The notes under the pieces: generated by a model
Database searches by the model: none
The model's input: only the letters and a program-made list of their open reading frames with translations
What the model was told of the DNA's origin: nothing
Shown here: positions 52,474-64,000 of the stretch, piece after piece
Position numbering within the stretch: the first letter of the stretch is position 1
How the letters are laid out: each line of letters starts with the position of its first letter
Position numbers and translations under genes: made by a program
Source: Spizellomyces punctatus DAOM BR117
Taxonomy: Eukaryota
Assembly (NCBI GenBank): GCA_000182565.2
Contig: KQ257460.1
Direction: 5' to 3' (one strand)
Length of the DNA: 64,000 nucleotides

Positions 52474-53191
52474 TTATTTTTCGCCCATGACTTCCGTGCG
52501 GTACTTGGCGTAAACACCACTGTAAGGGTTTTGCTTGTTCTCAATAGCACGACGCTCTTCCTCCTCCTTCCATTCCTTGGTGTGAGTGCGGAGTGTCGGG
52601 ACGACTAGGATGAACATCTTTAGTACGACTGCCCTCGTTTTCACGCTTCCAAAACAGTGGGTTTACCATCTTTGGTCCAGTAAACCCAGAGACCAACAGC
52701 AATGCTGAAGAAGAATGATGACCATCCGAGGACCTTCCATTTCATTGCGGGGTCGATAGGCGTACGAGCTCCATAAGGACCATATGCGATCCAGTATGCT
52801 GAAATAGGCAGGAAAGCATTGAATCATGCACAATGACTCAAGATCAGCACAAGCTTCAGCTACGTAACACTGTCCCAAGCCTGTGCTCATTCATTCCTCA
52901 ACTCACCAGCGCGCTTTTCGTCCAAAGTCAGGTTCTTCCAGTCACCTTTCTGCTTCTCAGCAAGGTAATCAGCTATAGCTCCCTGTTCACACTCGGGGAG
53001 CTTTGCCCAGCGGGTCTAAAAGGAAGCTCAAAGGTCAGTATCCATAAAAGCCCATCTGTCGGGTCCGACAGCATCCCTACTTCAATCTGGGAAAGAGCCG
53101 CAGGTGATACGGTATGCTGACGACGAATAGCACTGATGACGGAAGGGCGCGCCGTGGCGGCCGTGGCAAGTAGGCGACGAGCGGGGAGCAT
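52474..53191 (-). CDS. COX5: Cytochrome c oxidase subunit IV family (yeast Cox5-like), multi-exon
   Basis: Presequence MLPARRLLATAATAR; RWAKLPECEQGAIADYLAEKQKGDWKNLTLDEKRA, YWIAYGPYGAR, one TM helix, TKEWKE...NPYSG. Confidence 0.87.
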
Positions 53192-53378
53192 GGTGCCAAC
53201 GATTGAAAAGGTGAACTCGTTAAAGATGCTCCCGACGTTGACGTGCTCTGTGGTGAGAATTACGTACCATGGCAACTTTTCATGGCACAGTCACAATAAG
53301 GGCTCACTTACCAATGGCACCAAGAACGCTCGCTTTGCCCACTGTCGGCCACAAAAATCCCCATGTCTTGCCGATGAC

Positions 53379-56108
53379 ATGAAATCTCCTCCCACACCAC
53401 TGGGTTCTTCTTCCTCTGCCTTAGAAATGTCAGGATATGACCTTCCATCCGAGCAATTACTCCCAGCGTCTGTCTCGCGAGTCCGACATCCAAAGGTCGG
53501 CCATGTACATCGTAAACTGGAAGCGAGACACTTGCAAATGATTGCGATTGGGGGCACAATAGGTTAGGCTCTCAGAGATAGAACGTTGTCAAGGCACCTT
53601 GTTAGAGCAGAGCATCATCACATTCAGGCGTTGAAACAAGCCGCCAGCCTGGCGCTTGCTGACAAGTAACTCATTCCTAGGAACCGGTTTATTTGTCGGT
53701 TCTGGAGCAACTATTGCTCTCGCCGGCCCAGTGGGAGCACTTGTTGCATTTTTTATTGGTAAGGAAAGAGATCCCTGGTGGAGAAAACATCACTTGACGC
53801 AGAAGATATTCGTCGGAGATGGGCTGACCTTCATCCTCACGCCAAGTTGGCACCATGGTCTTTTTTATCACATCAAGTCTCGGGGAAATGGCAACCTTAA
53901 TACCTGTCTCGGGATCATTTGCTACATACGCTGGGCGATTCGTAGATCCCGGTAGGTCCTGTATAATAGAATTGGATTCCGTTATTCCTATGTTGTATTT
54001 TCATAATAGAGTATTGTGCGTTGTTAAAAAGCTTCCTTTTAATTTCGTATTTTTTTTATATCAGCCTATTCGTTTACTCTCGGCTGGAATTGTAAGCCTC
54101 GCTTCAATTTCAGACAGCATCCTTCGTACGTTTGACATCTCAACAATGTTCTGTAGACTGGGCACAGTGGGCGGTCTCACTACGTAAGAACGGCCTCCGT
54201 CTTCTGCTCAGACAAATAAGAAATTCGCTGACATTTGTGACCGCAAAAGCTTCGGAGCTCAGTGCTCTGGGCATCATCATGGGCTTCTGGACTCCAAACG
54301 TCCCGACTTGGATTTGGTCTGGATCAATTCTTACAGCCCTCGTGGCGGTGAATGTGGTTAGTGTGAAAGGGTTTGGCGAGTCGGAGTATTGGGTAAGCCT
54401 ACGCTACGTTGTGGGCAAATTACTGTCATTTGGACTCATTTTGCTTATCAACCTTTCGCACTAGTTATCCGCCATAAAAGTGGTTGCAGTGATAGGTATT
54501 TCATGAAAGCATAGGATCGATTCACTATGTGAGTCTGATCAATGTCTCCAGTGTTTGTTATTGTTGGCTTGGCTGTTGATGTAGGGTGGCTGGGATCTGA
54601 GCCTGGCACTGGCTTTACCTATTGGACTATACCCGGTGCTCCTTTCAAGAATGGTATCCTGGGTGTTTTCAATGTGTTTGTAATTGCATTTTTCAGTTTC
54701 GGCGGCACTGGTACGGATACCGTTCGTCTGGTCCTTGTTTGCACGAGTTGACTCACTTTATGTGCGATCAGAACTAGTGGGTATCACTGCGGGGGAAGCG
54801 AAGAACCCTAGAAAGACTGTTCCGAAGTATGCTACCTTATGCTTCGACCAGTGAATATCCCTGTATTTACTTACCTATCGCATATATGGTAGAGCTATCA
54901 ATCAAACCTTCTGGCGGATACTGTATGTTGACTTCTTTGTCCGTGAAACATGGGCTCTTATCTAACCATTTAGATCGTTCCTGCTAGACTCTTTTACATC
55001 TCAACCATCTTCATCATTGGCCTTGTTATCCGTAATGACGACCCATCTCTGCTCGATTCTGCCGAAACAGACGATATCAAGATAGCTCCATTCACCCGTG
55101 TCTTTGAAAAAGCTGGACTTACGATTGCTGCTCATGTTATGAATGGGGTGATCTTTACTGTATGTCTCATGGCGAACTCCCGTTGGTCGGCCATTCTAAT
55201 ATCCTTTTTGCTCTGAAGGCGGTCCTGAGTGCCGGGAACAGTGCCATTTATGCAGCGTCGCGTACACTGATGACGCTGGCAAATGAAGGCAAAGCGCCAA
55301 AGTTTCTAGGAGCGGTAGCGTCGAATGGGGTGCCATTGTGGAGTCTGGCTGTGACAACAGCCGTAGGTTGTCTTGCATTTTTGGGAATAATATGGGGAGG
55401 TAAGTCCTAGGTCAAACCTTCTGTTTACGCTGCGACCCAATTGTGATCTTTTATTCACTCGACCCACGCTCGCTTCAAACCATTCTTTGCAGATGGCCTT
55501 CTGTTCACCTGGCTCCTCCACCTAACGGGCATGTCGGGCATTCTGACCTGGCTATCCATAACCATTGTTCACCTACGCTTTCGAGCAGCGTACAAAGCAC
55601 AGAACCGCCGAATTGAGGACTTACCTTACAAGGCTCCATTCTTCCCCTATGGCCAGTGGCTCTCCGTTGTATTGGCCTGTTTAATTATTTTTGGACAGGT
55701 ACGCAACTTTGATTTTGTTTATAGGCTCTTTGCTGAGTCGACGACGTCTCTCTGAATGATAGGGATACTCTGCATTTGCTACTCGCCCATTCCGATTTCA
55801 AAATATTGTGGCTGTGTACCGTACGTGTTCATAATTGACGTCTGTTGCCATACATGAACCCAAATCCTAATCGAGGATTCATTCTAGTCGGATTACCAGT
55901 TTTCATCTCATTATTTGTATACTACAAAATTCGCCACAAGACGCAGCTCGTGCCACTGTTGGAATGCGACTTTGACACCGGACAGATCATTCTAGATGAT
56001 GATGATGATGATGATGACGGGAGTGAATTGGACGAAGAACAAGTTGGTTTATGTGAGGAGCAAGATACAAAAGATGTCGACGAGGAAGCAGATGGACAGG
56101 AGGGCTGA
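53379..56108 (+). CDS. Amino acid permease (APC superfamily, YAT/LysP-like), many exons
   Basis: [96 protein letters not shown]. Confidence 0.93.
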
Positions 56109-56294
56109 GCAACTATTGTTGCACACTCCTGCATATTTATTCATTTTGTCCTGCAAATATCTCATATTGTTGGGACACCTCCTCCAAAAACCCTTGACCG
56201 TGTTGTCAAGGATGACTGTACATATAAATCTAGCAAGCCTTGCAACAGAGAGCCTGTCTAACTGTCCGTCATCTCAACTCCGAATATCAAGTGA

Positions 56295-57479
56295 CTATCG
56301 TACATGTCCCTGCATCCTTGCCTTCTCGCTTTCCAGACGGGAATACAATAAGTAAAGAGCCATTTGATTTTGTTCTGGATTTCCGGTTATTGTAACTAAT
56401 CGTTCGCTACTTCCCATCTGGGGTTCCATGATTTTGATCTGGCTTCCGCTGAGATGTCGTATCTCGTTGATCTTGCTACCCTGCTTACCGATAATAGCAC
56501 CGACCATGTCATTTGGAATGAAAATCTGTTGCATCTGAACGGGAAGATGGGGTGCGGGGGCACCGCGGTGGTGAGGCATAGGTAGCATAGCGCCGGGTGG
56601 AATGGGTGGGAAAAACGCGTGTGGTCCGGGTATGGCGTAGGGCGGGGCACCAGGTATTCCACCAAGAGGCAGCGGCATCTGCATCGGTAGGGGTCTGTAC
56701 GGAACAAAGCCAAAATTGTCGCGTTGAGGATACTCCTGTAGTGTAGATGCGATGTGATATATTGCAATGTGAATGGCGTCCATGACACCGAGAATTTGAA
56801 TGATTCGCTCCGTGCTACCGGGTAGGACGCCCTCGTGTGCCGTTACGCGAGCATTGGAGTATCCTTGGATTTCCTTTATTCTGCATCCCTGCTTGCCAAT
56901 AAGCCAGCCCATTTTCGTGTGTGGAACTAAAATTCGCAAATTCGTTTGTCGCTCCCCGACAGATATCTCACTGCCCGCTTGCAACTCTGATACCATTTTC
57001 TCGGCAACCAGCGAGAAGGCTTTGGCCACCTGATCAAGCGGCCCGGTAACGCTGAGTATACGGTCCTGTGCACCATGTATCAGTTCCGATATTGTGACTT
57101 TGGCCCCGGAGTTTTGTCTGATATCTGCGACATTTCGTCCCTGTTTGCCAATCACCACCCCAGCCTCCTTTGTCGATATCAATGCACGCATGCACACCAG
57201 CTTACTTTCCATGGAGGAGTCGCCTTCAACTGCTGTATGTTCTTCCCTCATACTATCCGACGCTGCCGGGGGAGATTTTTCGCCGCCCTCCTCATGTGGC
57301 AGTGACTTTGCCGAGTCTTCATCTTTGATGACTGCATACCTCGGCGCCCGATCTACGGCGTCGGCATTCAGAGCCTGGCGCTTGAACCGACCCCCTCGAG
57401 TTTCGTCTTCATCGGATGACGTCTCCGCTTCTAGCGACCTCTTACGATCCGGAGAATCCGGGGAAAGTGCGAATGACAT
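56295..57479 (-). CDS. Triple-KH-domain RNA-binding protein (hnRNP K/Rnc1/Pbp2-like)
   Basis: Three KH GxxG motifs VIGKQG, LIGKQG and IIGKQG; intronless 394 aa. Confidence 0.92.
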   Translation of the reverse strand: MSFALSPDSPDRKRSLEAETSSDEDETRGGRFKRQALNADAVDRAPRYAVIKDEDSAKSLPHEEGGEKSPPAASDSMREEHTAVEGDSSMESKLVCMRALISTKEAGVVIGKQGRNVADIRQNSGAKVTISELIHGAQDRILSVTGPLDQVAKAFSLVAEKMVSELQAGSEISVGERQTNLRILVPHTKMGWLIGKQGCRIKEIQGYSNARVTAHEGVLPGSTERIIQILGVMDAIHIAIYHIASTLQEYPQRDNFGFVPYRPLPMQMPLPLGGIPGAPPYAIPGPHAFFPPIPPGAMLPMPHHRGAPAPHLPVQMQQIFIPNDMVGAIIGKQGSKINEIRHLSGSQIKIMEPQMGSSERLVTITGNPEQNQMALYLLYSRLESEKARMQGHVR

Positions 57480-58398
57480 GACGACGACGAATCAGAAAAG
57501 GGGACAGGAAAAGCGATAGGAAGTGGAAGCGGGAACGTGAGAGAGCCTAACTCACAACTATACAAGATCTACGTGCAGAAGGTCGGAAAGGTAGGGGGTA
57601 TATCAGTAAGGGCTTTTAGGGCAGAGAACAGCCTTGTATCAACTACCAAATAACATATTATCTACATGCAGCTATGTTAGAATCAGTACCGTAGAAAGGC
57701 GAGGGTGTAAGAGAGGAGCCTTCCTGCAACGCTGCAGTAGTATTAGAAAGAAGGGGAACAGGAACTTGCGAGATCAGAATCGGGCGGTGGAGGTCAAATG
57801 GAGGCAACGTTTGTAGGAAATCGCCAATTGTCAATTCTTTCAGTCTGAATAGCGAGCGCTACGTGATATCAAGCGATATAATCCGATCAAGGAACAAGAA
57901 CAGGCAGGAGTGAAGCTTTCGCAGAAATGTTCGCTGGTTCGCCTATGGTTGATGATCGAGGCGAGACTTCTGGTTTGTTACCAGCAGAGTTTATTCTTAA
58001 AGAGCTCAGGACAGCAGAAGACGGTAGAATCCCTGCCTCAATGATCTTGATGGGGCAGTTGCAAAAACAAAGGCAATGGTGAACGGAAGATCTGCAGTTG
58101 GAAAATCAAAAGTTCAAAACGCTTGCTTGGCTGGTCAGCGAAACGGATATCACCCGCGTCACGTTTGTTTCTCTATCCAAAAAAGGAAATAATGAAATCA
58201 CTGCTGACGGCATCAACAGATCCTTGGATATTTAGTGTGGAGGTGATTGAAAACGGCACTAGAACTCATTATTATCCGGATAATCCAGTTAATCATATCG
58301 TATAATCAGCACCCCCATCTATCGCTCAAAGCGGTGAGGCATGCTAATGTAATGTTTTTTTTTTCCTCCAAACTGTGGTGAGGCGCATGCCAAAGGTC

Positions 58399-58950
58399 TA
58401 TAAAAAGGGGTCCTTCTGTCTCTTTCCCCTTTCCTCTTTACCCATCCTCGACTCTTGAAGCATCTGCGCAACGCTCACGCAGCACTCTCAAGTCCATCAT
58501 CAGAATGCTGCTCTGGTGTCGAGGACCTCGTCCTCCCGACAACAACAACATAACCCCTTGCAAATGCTGCTACTACTACATTGCTACGATCGCAGGTATG
58601 CATTATCTTTGTATTTTCCCACGCGTATTCCGAGTCTAATTCTGATCTACCTAGTATCTGAACATCCTCCAACTAAAGAATTTCAGAATCAAGGGCTTAG
58701 TAGGATTTCTCTCGTGTGGTGGGCTTAGTTACCTGGTTAGAACAACCGTAATGTATTGCATGTGTTGGGCCTAGTAGTAGTTAGCTTTGCACATACCCCA
58801 GTTCAACCCAGGCTGGAACCTGTAGCGAGTTAGGATAGGGGTGGGACTGGTTTGCAGGATAGGTTATGAAGGGTTGGACAGGCTGGCCAATTGTAAATTA
58901 GAACCGGCTGTAGTGGGTTGGAGGGAGAATGTGTCCCTAGTGACATTTTC
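58399..58950 (+). other. Putative spliced lncRNA or sORF transcription unit
   Basis: TATAAAAAG at 58399; duplicated upstream GGTGAGGC(GC)ATGC; hairpin TCCTCGAC/GTCGAGGA (58445-58525); intron-like GTATGC...CTAG (58596-58654); G-rich 3' part. Confidence 0.35.
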
Positions 58951-59088
58951 TACCACCTGCACACTATTTTGAATGACATGCGTTTTCTTCCATCCAACAA
59001 TACCCGCCAGATGGCAATTCCACAAAAAAGTACACAGGATTGAGAAGAGATACTAGTCAAGTATTCCTCAAAAGTCATCAGCCCGCAA

Positions 59089-60658
59089 TCAAACCGTGAC
59101 CCCGTTGTGTCGCCGAATCTTCTCAGCAGCCTCCTTGGCTTTATACATGTCCTGTTCACGATTGTACCTCGCACGTTCCCGATCAAAGGCTTCTATGCAA
59201 GCCTTTGAGGAGATTCCGTAGGGGCGGTCCCCTTGGAATATGAACGTAGGGACTGCACAAAATTGATGATCAGTATTCAGTTTGGTCGCAATACCATCAA
59301 CAGAGAAGTATCATACTATGTCCACGGTATCCTGGAATTGGCTGCGATTTGGCCAAGTCCTTTGGCGGAAGAGAAGGGGGCTGACTTATGGCATGGCTGT
59401 GCGTCCAAGTCAATGTCTGCTGTGGGGATCTCAAGCAGTTCTCCACGAAACCTACCTCTTACCATCCCGATTATTGAACTGCTCATAAGCAACCTCAGCA
59501 GTCTTTGCGAATGTTGCAGAATAGTATGTTCGACTCCCAGGTATAAATCCCGTAAATCCTGAAGGTAATCATTGATTAACCAACGAGAACAATGACATCG
59601 CACAAGCAAAAGTCTTCGTAAACGTACCGGGAATTGGTCTTGCCTTCCCCACATTCACTTTAACTGTGTCTTTGGGACTCACATAAGTTGCCGGGGTGTC
59701 CGCGCTCTGCTCCTTGATGTGTTTGTACGGATCCTGACGCGTACGTGGAGCGGTAAATTCGTCCAAAGCTTCCCGAACATTATCCGAATACGGCTATTTG
59801 ACTTTCCAATAAGTATGCAATGGTTTAGAAACATCAGATATCATATCCTTTACCTACCTCGCCAAAATGATTCTGCAGCCTAGGCACAAAGCCCGTATAT
59901 CCAGAAATGAACGTTTTCTGTGGATGATGTTGCGGGAGTTTGTACGGGCTCATATCATCGATTGGAGAACTTGCACTGCCAGCCGATCGTCCGGCGGGGG
60001 GAGGGACTGGAGCAAATCCGGATGCGCCGCTTGCGTTTCCAGCAGCAAATCCGCCGCCATGAGGCACACTGCGCGAGAAGGACCGTTTTGTCTGCACTGG
60101 TCGCTGGGTTGTGTTGCGCGATTTGTGTTGCTGAATGGCTTCGATGCGGTGCGGGAGAGTGGCCTTTGTTTTAAGCATTTGATGAAAATCTGTCAACGAC
60201 GCATTTGTAGTTTCCACATAGGGTCTGCCAAAATGTTCTTGAGATCGAGGTATATAACCTTGTGAAAAGCGTGAGGCGACCGAGATACAATCCATTGAAT
60301 ACAAGCAGGTATATGATTACTCACCTGTGTACCCCGGGACAGGAGGGAATGAAAATCTATCATCGCCGGTAGCATACTTTTTGGCTGTCGACCAAACCCA
60401 CTTGGCAGCATCGTCGCCTTCGCATTTCACCTTGACGACTACATCCTCTTTCAGTCGGTCTCCAGCATCCTGAGAAAGTCCACGTCGCTTTTCAATGGAC
60501 TGTTGAATGATTCCACTTTTGATCGTCGGATCCGTTCGAAGAATATGACGGGTGGCATTGCCATATGTTAAACCGTACTGGTGCTTCAAATTGGGTACGA
60601 AACCGGCATAATTCGGTGTTGCAATACAGGTTTGCGTCGAATCGATGCTAGATTTCAT
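59089..60658 (-). CDS. FAM166/CIMIP2-like ciliary microtubule inner protein, multi-exon
   Basis: Five repeats: TPNYAGFVP...YGLTY, VPGYTGYIP...FGRPY, ISGYTGFVP...FGEPY, IPGFTGFIP...YSATF, IPGYRGHIP...DRPY. Confidence 0.8.
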
Positions 60659-61545
60659 TTTTTTTCCTAGTTGACTAGGCTCGCAGTCTACTTTTGTGGA
60701 ACTTTTGCCAGTATACAGAGTGGGCTACAGGGGATACCAAAGTTCATCGAAGCCAAACAACAGCTGCATCTGAGATTCATTTAAAAATATCATCGGAGGA
60801 TTATTGAATATATGATGTAACCCGCGGCAAAATACCAGATCCTCGTCGGAGGTTTTTGCACAGATCAGCAAATCAGGGTTCCTTTCCTCGACAGCTGGCC
60901 AGCTGCCCCTTTAAAATGCGCTGTGTCTTTGTGACCAAAGATTTCGATGTCAACTGTCAAGGCTGGCTTATCAATGGTATCCGGGAACATACGAATGACT
61001 TCTTCGGCGTCATTATTTTGCGTAGAATGACTTTTCATTGCATCTGCTGAAGAATGGTCAGTCGACGTACCGTGTTACCCTATATCATTGGATGCATGGA
61101 AGTGGTATTGTTTGAAAAGCGAAAAAAAAAAAAAATGATCAGATAAACTGGCTCAACAACCGCACTGCAATTCCAAGTTTGAATAACTACGAGTGCTGGG
61201 CCCTCTTGACATGAAGCCATGTGTTCAGCCAGTCACACTGCGTCCAGGCTACTCCTCACCCCTCAACCGCTCTCCACGGCTCGCTAACTCCTTCTCACGT
61301 CTATCATCATCCAAAATATATCCCCGTCTGCGGACTACTCGGGGAAACTCTCCGTGGTATCATCGTGAGCATAATCTAGCCGCAGAAAGGAAATGGGGGA
61401 ATCGCAATCAAGCGTCCAATTTGCTGGTCTACTTCTGTATTTTGTGCATTGTTGTCGTCGATGCTGACGAGACATGTCTGCTGTGCCACAACCGCGTTCT
61501 GAGAGTATGGACCATCCAACCACTGGCTTTTTCATTGTGAAGTCA

Positions 61546-63247
61546 CTATCTGTTTACACATCCAGGACAATTGTGGAGTACATCATGCACATACGCATCG
61601 CACTCCAGACAGAATTGCTCTTTACACTTGGGGCATTCGAATCTTCCACTTCCTATACCTATAGCCGTTCCTCCTCCGGTGTTGCCTGCTGTAGACAACC
61701 TTCGATGAGACATGGATTGCGGGGGCCCGTGAAAGGGCACTAGACACGAGAAGCAATGCTTAGGCATCGTGCTATAGAGAGGCATTGTCAGTGGAAGTCA
61801 AAAATATGCTAATGCCTGGGGACGACCCACCTAAGTACTCCGGCCCAACCTATTTCTTTGTAGTTCTCGACTGGAAACAAGTGGTGATACGACCTCGCCA
61901 GTAATGGACTTGAGACCAGCGTCAAGGAGCAGACAGGGCAGTCGGTAGGGATTTCACAGACCGTTGATGAACAGCGCGGACAGACGTAACCTTTCCGTAT
62001 CAATTTATGATGACTGGGGCCGACCGTAAGAGCTAGCGCTTACTGTAAGATTGCGATGACCTTTTGACATACCATGCACATAATGTTGGTTCCTCATACG
62101 TTCTAGTGGTTGGAAACCCCATTTGTATAAGGCTTGCCGTACGCTGCGCGGTTGCGACGGGTGGTGGAATGTTCTCAAAAAGAATATCCTTATAGTGCAT
62201 CTCGTTCAATACCACGTTGTAGGTTCCTGAACGTTTAAATTTAGTGCCAGGCAGCCACAAAGTGAAATTCATGAAGACGACCTTTGGTTTCGCGACATAT
62301 TGTTCTGCACACTTGCACCTCCGCCGACAGTCCAACCATTGACACGCGAATGCATTCCCTCTTCAATGACTCGAGAGTGTCCAAGATATTATCGGGATCA
62401 CAGGTCGTTAAAGAAGCATACAGTACTAGGATTTCCCGAGAACCGTGAGAAGGAACATGGCTGGATAGAAAGAGAACCCCTGATGAGAAGAAGGTAGTAT
62501 TTGCGTCTCTTTAGGCGGAGAATCTTCTAAGAGAAAATTGCCAATACGCACAGGGAATGATACGTACGCCAACGACGTTCGCGCTAGTTCTAATGCGTTT
62601 TGAAGTGAGGGCTCTCCTTTAGGTTCACGATTAGATCTTTTTTGGAGAGCTGAGGTGTGGTCCGTGGGGTTTCCTGGATCGCAGGTTAATCAAGTGGTCA
62701 CACACTATCATCATATGGAAGCCCTATTACCCGTCAATTCTGTGAGCTGTTCTGCTAAACCATCCCGAGTAATGATGATGCCCAACTGACTCAACGGATT
62801 CTGGTCAAAATATTCTCCAATAAACTCTTCAGCTAATCGCATGGTGCATTCAATCCGCGAAGGCTTGAGGTCGAGTTCCGCCATAGCGCGCGACAGGTCT
62901 ATTACTAAATACAGGTGCCGAATAATTCCTCGTTGAACTGTCGCCGTGTCACGATGTAGTCTGGGAACGGAGAGATCAAATGTGAGTTGTACTTCCGGCG
63001 TGATTTGGTCTCTCCAATTGCTTCACCTTCGGCGTTTGAGCTGCTGCTGAATGGAAGCCACAACCCCCTGAAGAGATCCCTGCTCATCTTCTTGCAAAAT
63101 ATCCCAACTTCGCTTATACTCTTCTTCCCAAGAGTATCCCTGCCCGGATGCTCCCATTAAGTCGTGCCCTTCGTCATCGTCAATGTCTATAGCACCGATG
63201 CCCTTTGCGGAAGACTTTCGTTTCGGAGGTTTCAAAGTATGGGACAT
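61546..63247 (-). CDS. SSL1: TFIIH subunit Ssl1/p44, multi-exon
   Basis: GYSWEEEYKRSWDILQEDE, vWA domain EYFDQNPLSQLG and GEPSLQNAL, GYVCPRCSSTVCEIPTDCPVC, LARSYHHLFP, C-terminal CLECDAYVHDVLHNCPGC. Confidence 0.94.
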
Positions 63248-63631
63248 TGTTATGCAGGATGCATACGAAAGATAACCCACAAAAAGTCTAGTGCAACTTC
63301 ACCACGTCGAGCAGGACGTCAACAACAAGGTGCGCACGTGATCAAGCTTGGGTCCAGCCACGACCATCTTCTGGTGCCCACTCTTTTACCATTCGACTAT
63401 AGCGCATTAATTTATTTGACCATCTTACCCACTTGGATACCACTTAGGGTGACATATTTTCTCCGCATACGGTTAGGACGACTGGTGAAGTAGGTGCCCG
63501 TGCTGAACGTTTTCGCTCCAACTCCTCGCGTCGACGTTGACCGTCGAGAACAGTTCACCGACAGGTGAAGACTTGACCTGCAAAACCAAGTCTCAACTTA
63601 TGGAAGTCTCGTTTAGTCGGCTATCACCTGA

Positions 63632-64000
63632 ATGAGCCCTCAAAATCACACGGCACATCCAGGGAAGGCCAGTCCTCGCCGCACCTTCAGCGAGTCACCG
63701 TCCACCGACAAACCCAAAAAATCACTTGGAGAAAATAATGTGCGTACCGCACGTTCAGCCTCACTTGGTAAACTTTGGGGTCGCAAAAGAGGGCAACAGT
63801 CTTCAGACCGTATTCTTGCGTCCAGTGTACCAAAAGACGCGTGGATGAAGAAAGACACTCCCGGAGATGCAAGTTATGCCAACCCGGTGTTGACCAGCGG
63901 CCGAGATTCTCCTGACATTGATGAAGAAGGAGAAGATGTCTTTTCTTTTGAAGGGTCGCAATCTACACACGGACTGAGCCTTTCTGGACGAAAATCAGCG
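63632..64000 (+). CDS. 5' part of a hypothetical protein running off the window
   Basis: ATG at 63632 opens a frame (MSPQNHTAHPGKASPRR...) with no stop to the window end; divergent from SSL1. Confidence 0.55.
   Translation, partial: MSPQNHTAHPGKASPRRTFSESPSTDKPKKSLGENNVRTARSASLGKLWGRKRGQQSSDRILASSVPKDAWMKKDTPGDASYANPVLTSGRDSPDIDEEGEDVFSFEGSQSTHGLSLSGRKSA

Noticed and set aside
55996-56017. (GAT)n microsatellite
   Set aside because: It simply encodes the poly-Asp tail of the permease.
58470-58515. Hammerhead core CTGATGA on the minus strand
   Set aside because: It lies in a simple hairpin loop with no stem II or GAAA.
58545-58560. Telomerase RNA template (CATAACCCCT)
   Set aside because: It does not form the ~1.5 copies of a CCCTAA-type repeat expected of a template.

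Overview
Gene-dense, intron-rich eukaryotic DNA with short (~45-70 nt) GT-AG introns and microexons. It is most consistent with a zoosporic (chytrid-like) fungus: the genes are fungal-type (Pho85, Pcl/Clg1 cyclin, Nma111, YAT permease) and one is a FAM166/CIMIP2-like axonemal protein. About 29 protein genes can be built, mostly housekeeping: NASP/Sim3, peroxisomal Lon, acyl-CoA synthetase, MscL, NSA1, RSM10, RRP12, MTM1, CysRS, Trf4-like PAP, CaMK, MFS, DNMT2, Cox4/5, a KH protein and SSL1. The standout is the ~4 kb gap at 3.3-7.4 kb. It holds an apparently complete P1-type twister self-cleaving ribozyme (6422-6497) inside a TATA-to-AATAAA non-coding unit with a (CGGT)-rich repeat array. A second unit of similar architecture on the opposite strand ends in a different GC-rich structured module. 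Other points of interest are a third TATA-driven non-coding-looking unit (58.4 kb), a two-exon secreted 8-Cys mini-protein missed by the ORF track, an oversized structured intron in CysRS, and a recurrent CACGTG promoter motif. All calls are from reading the sequence by eye; no searches or folding programs were run. CDS spans include introns.
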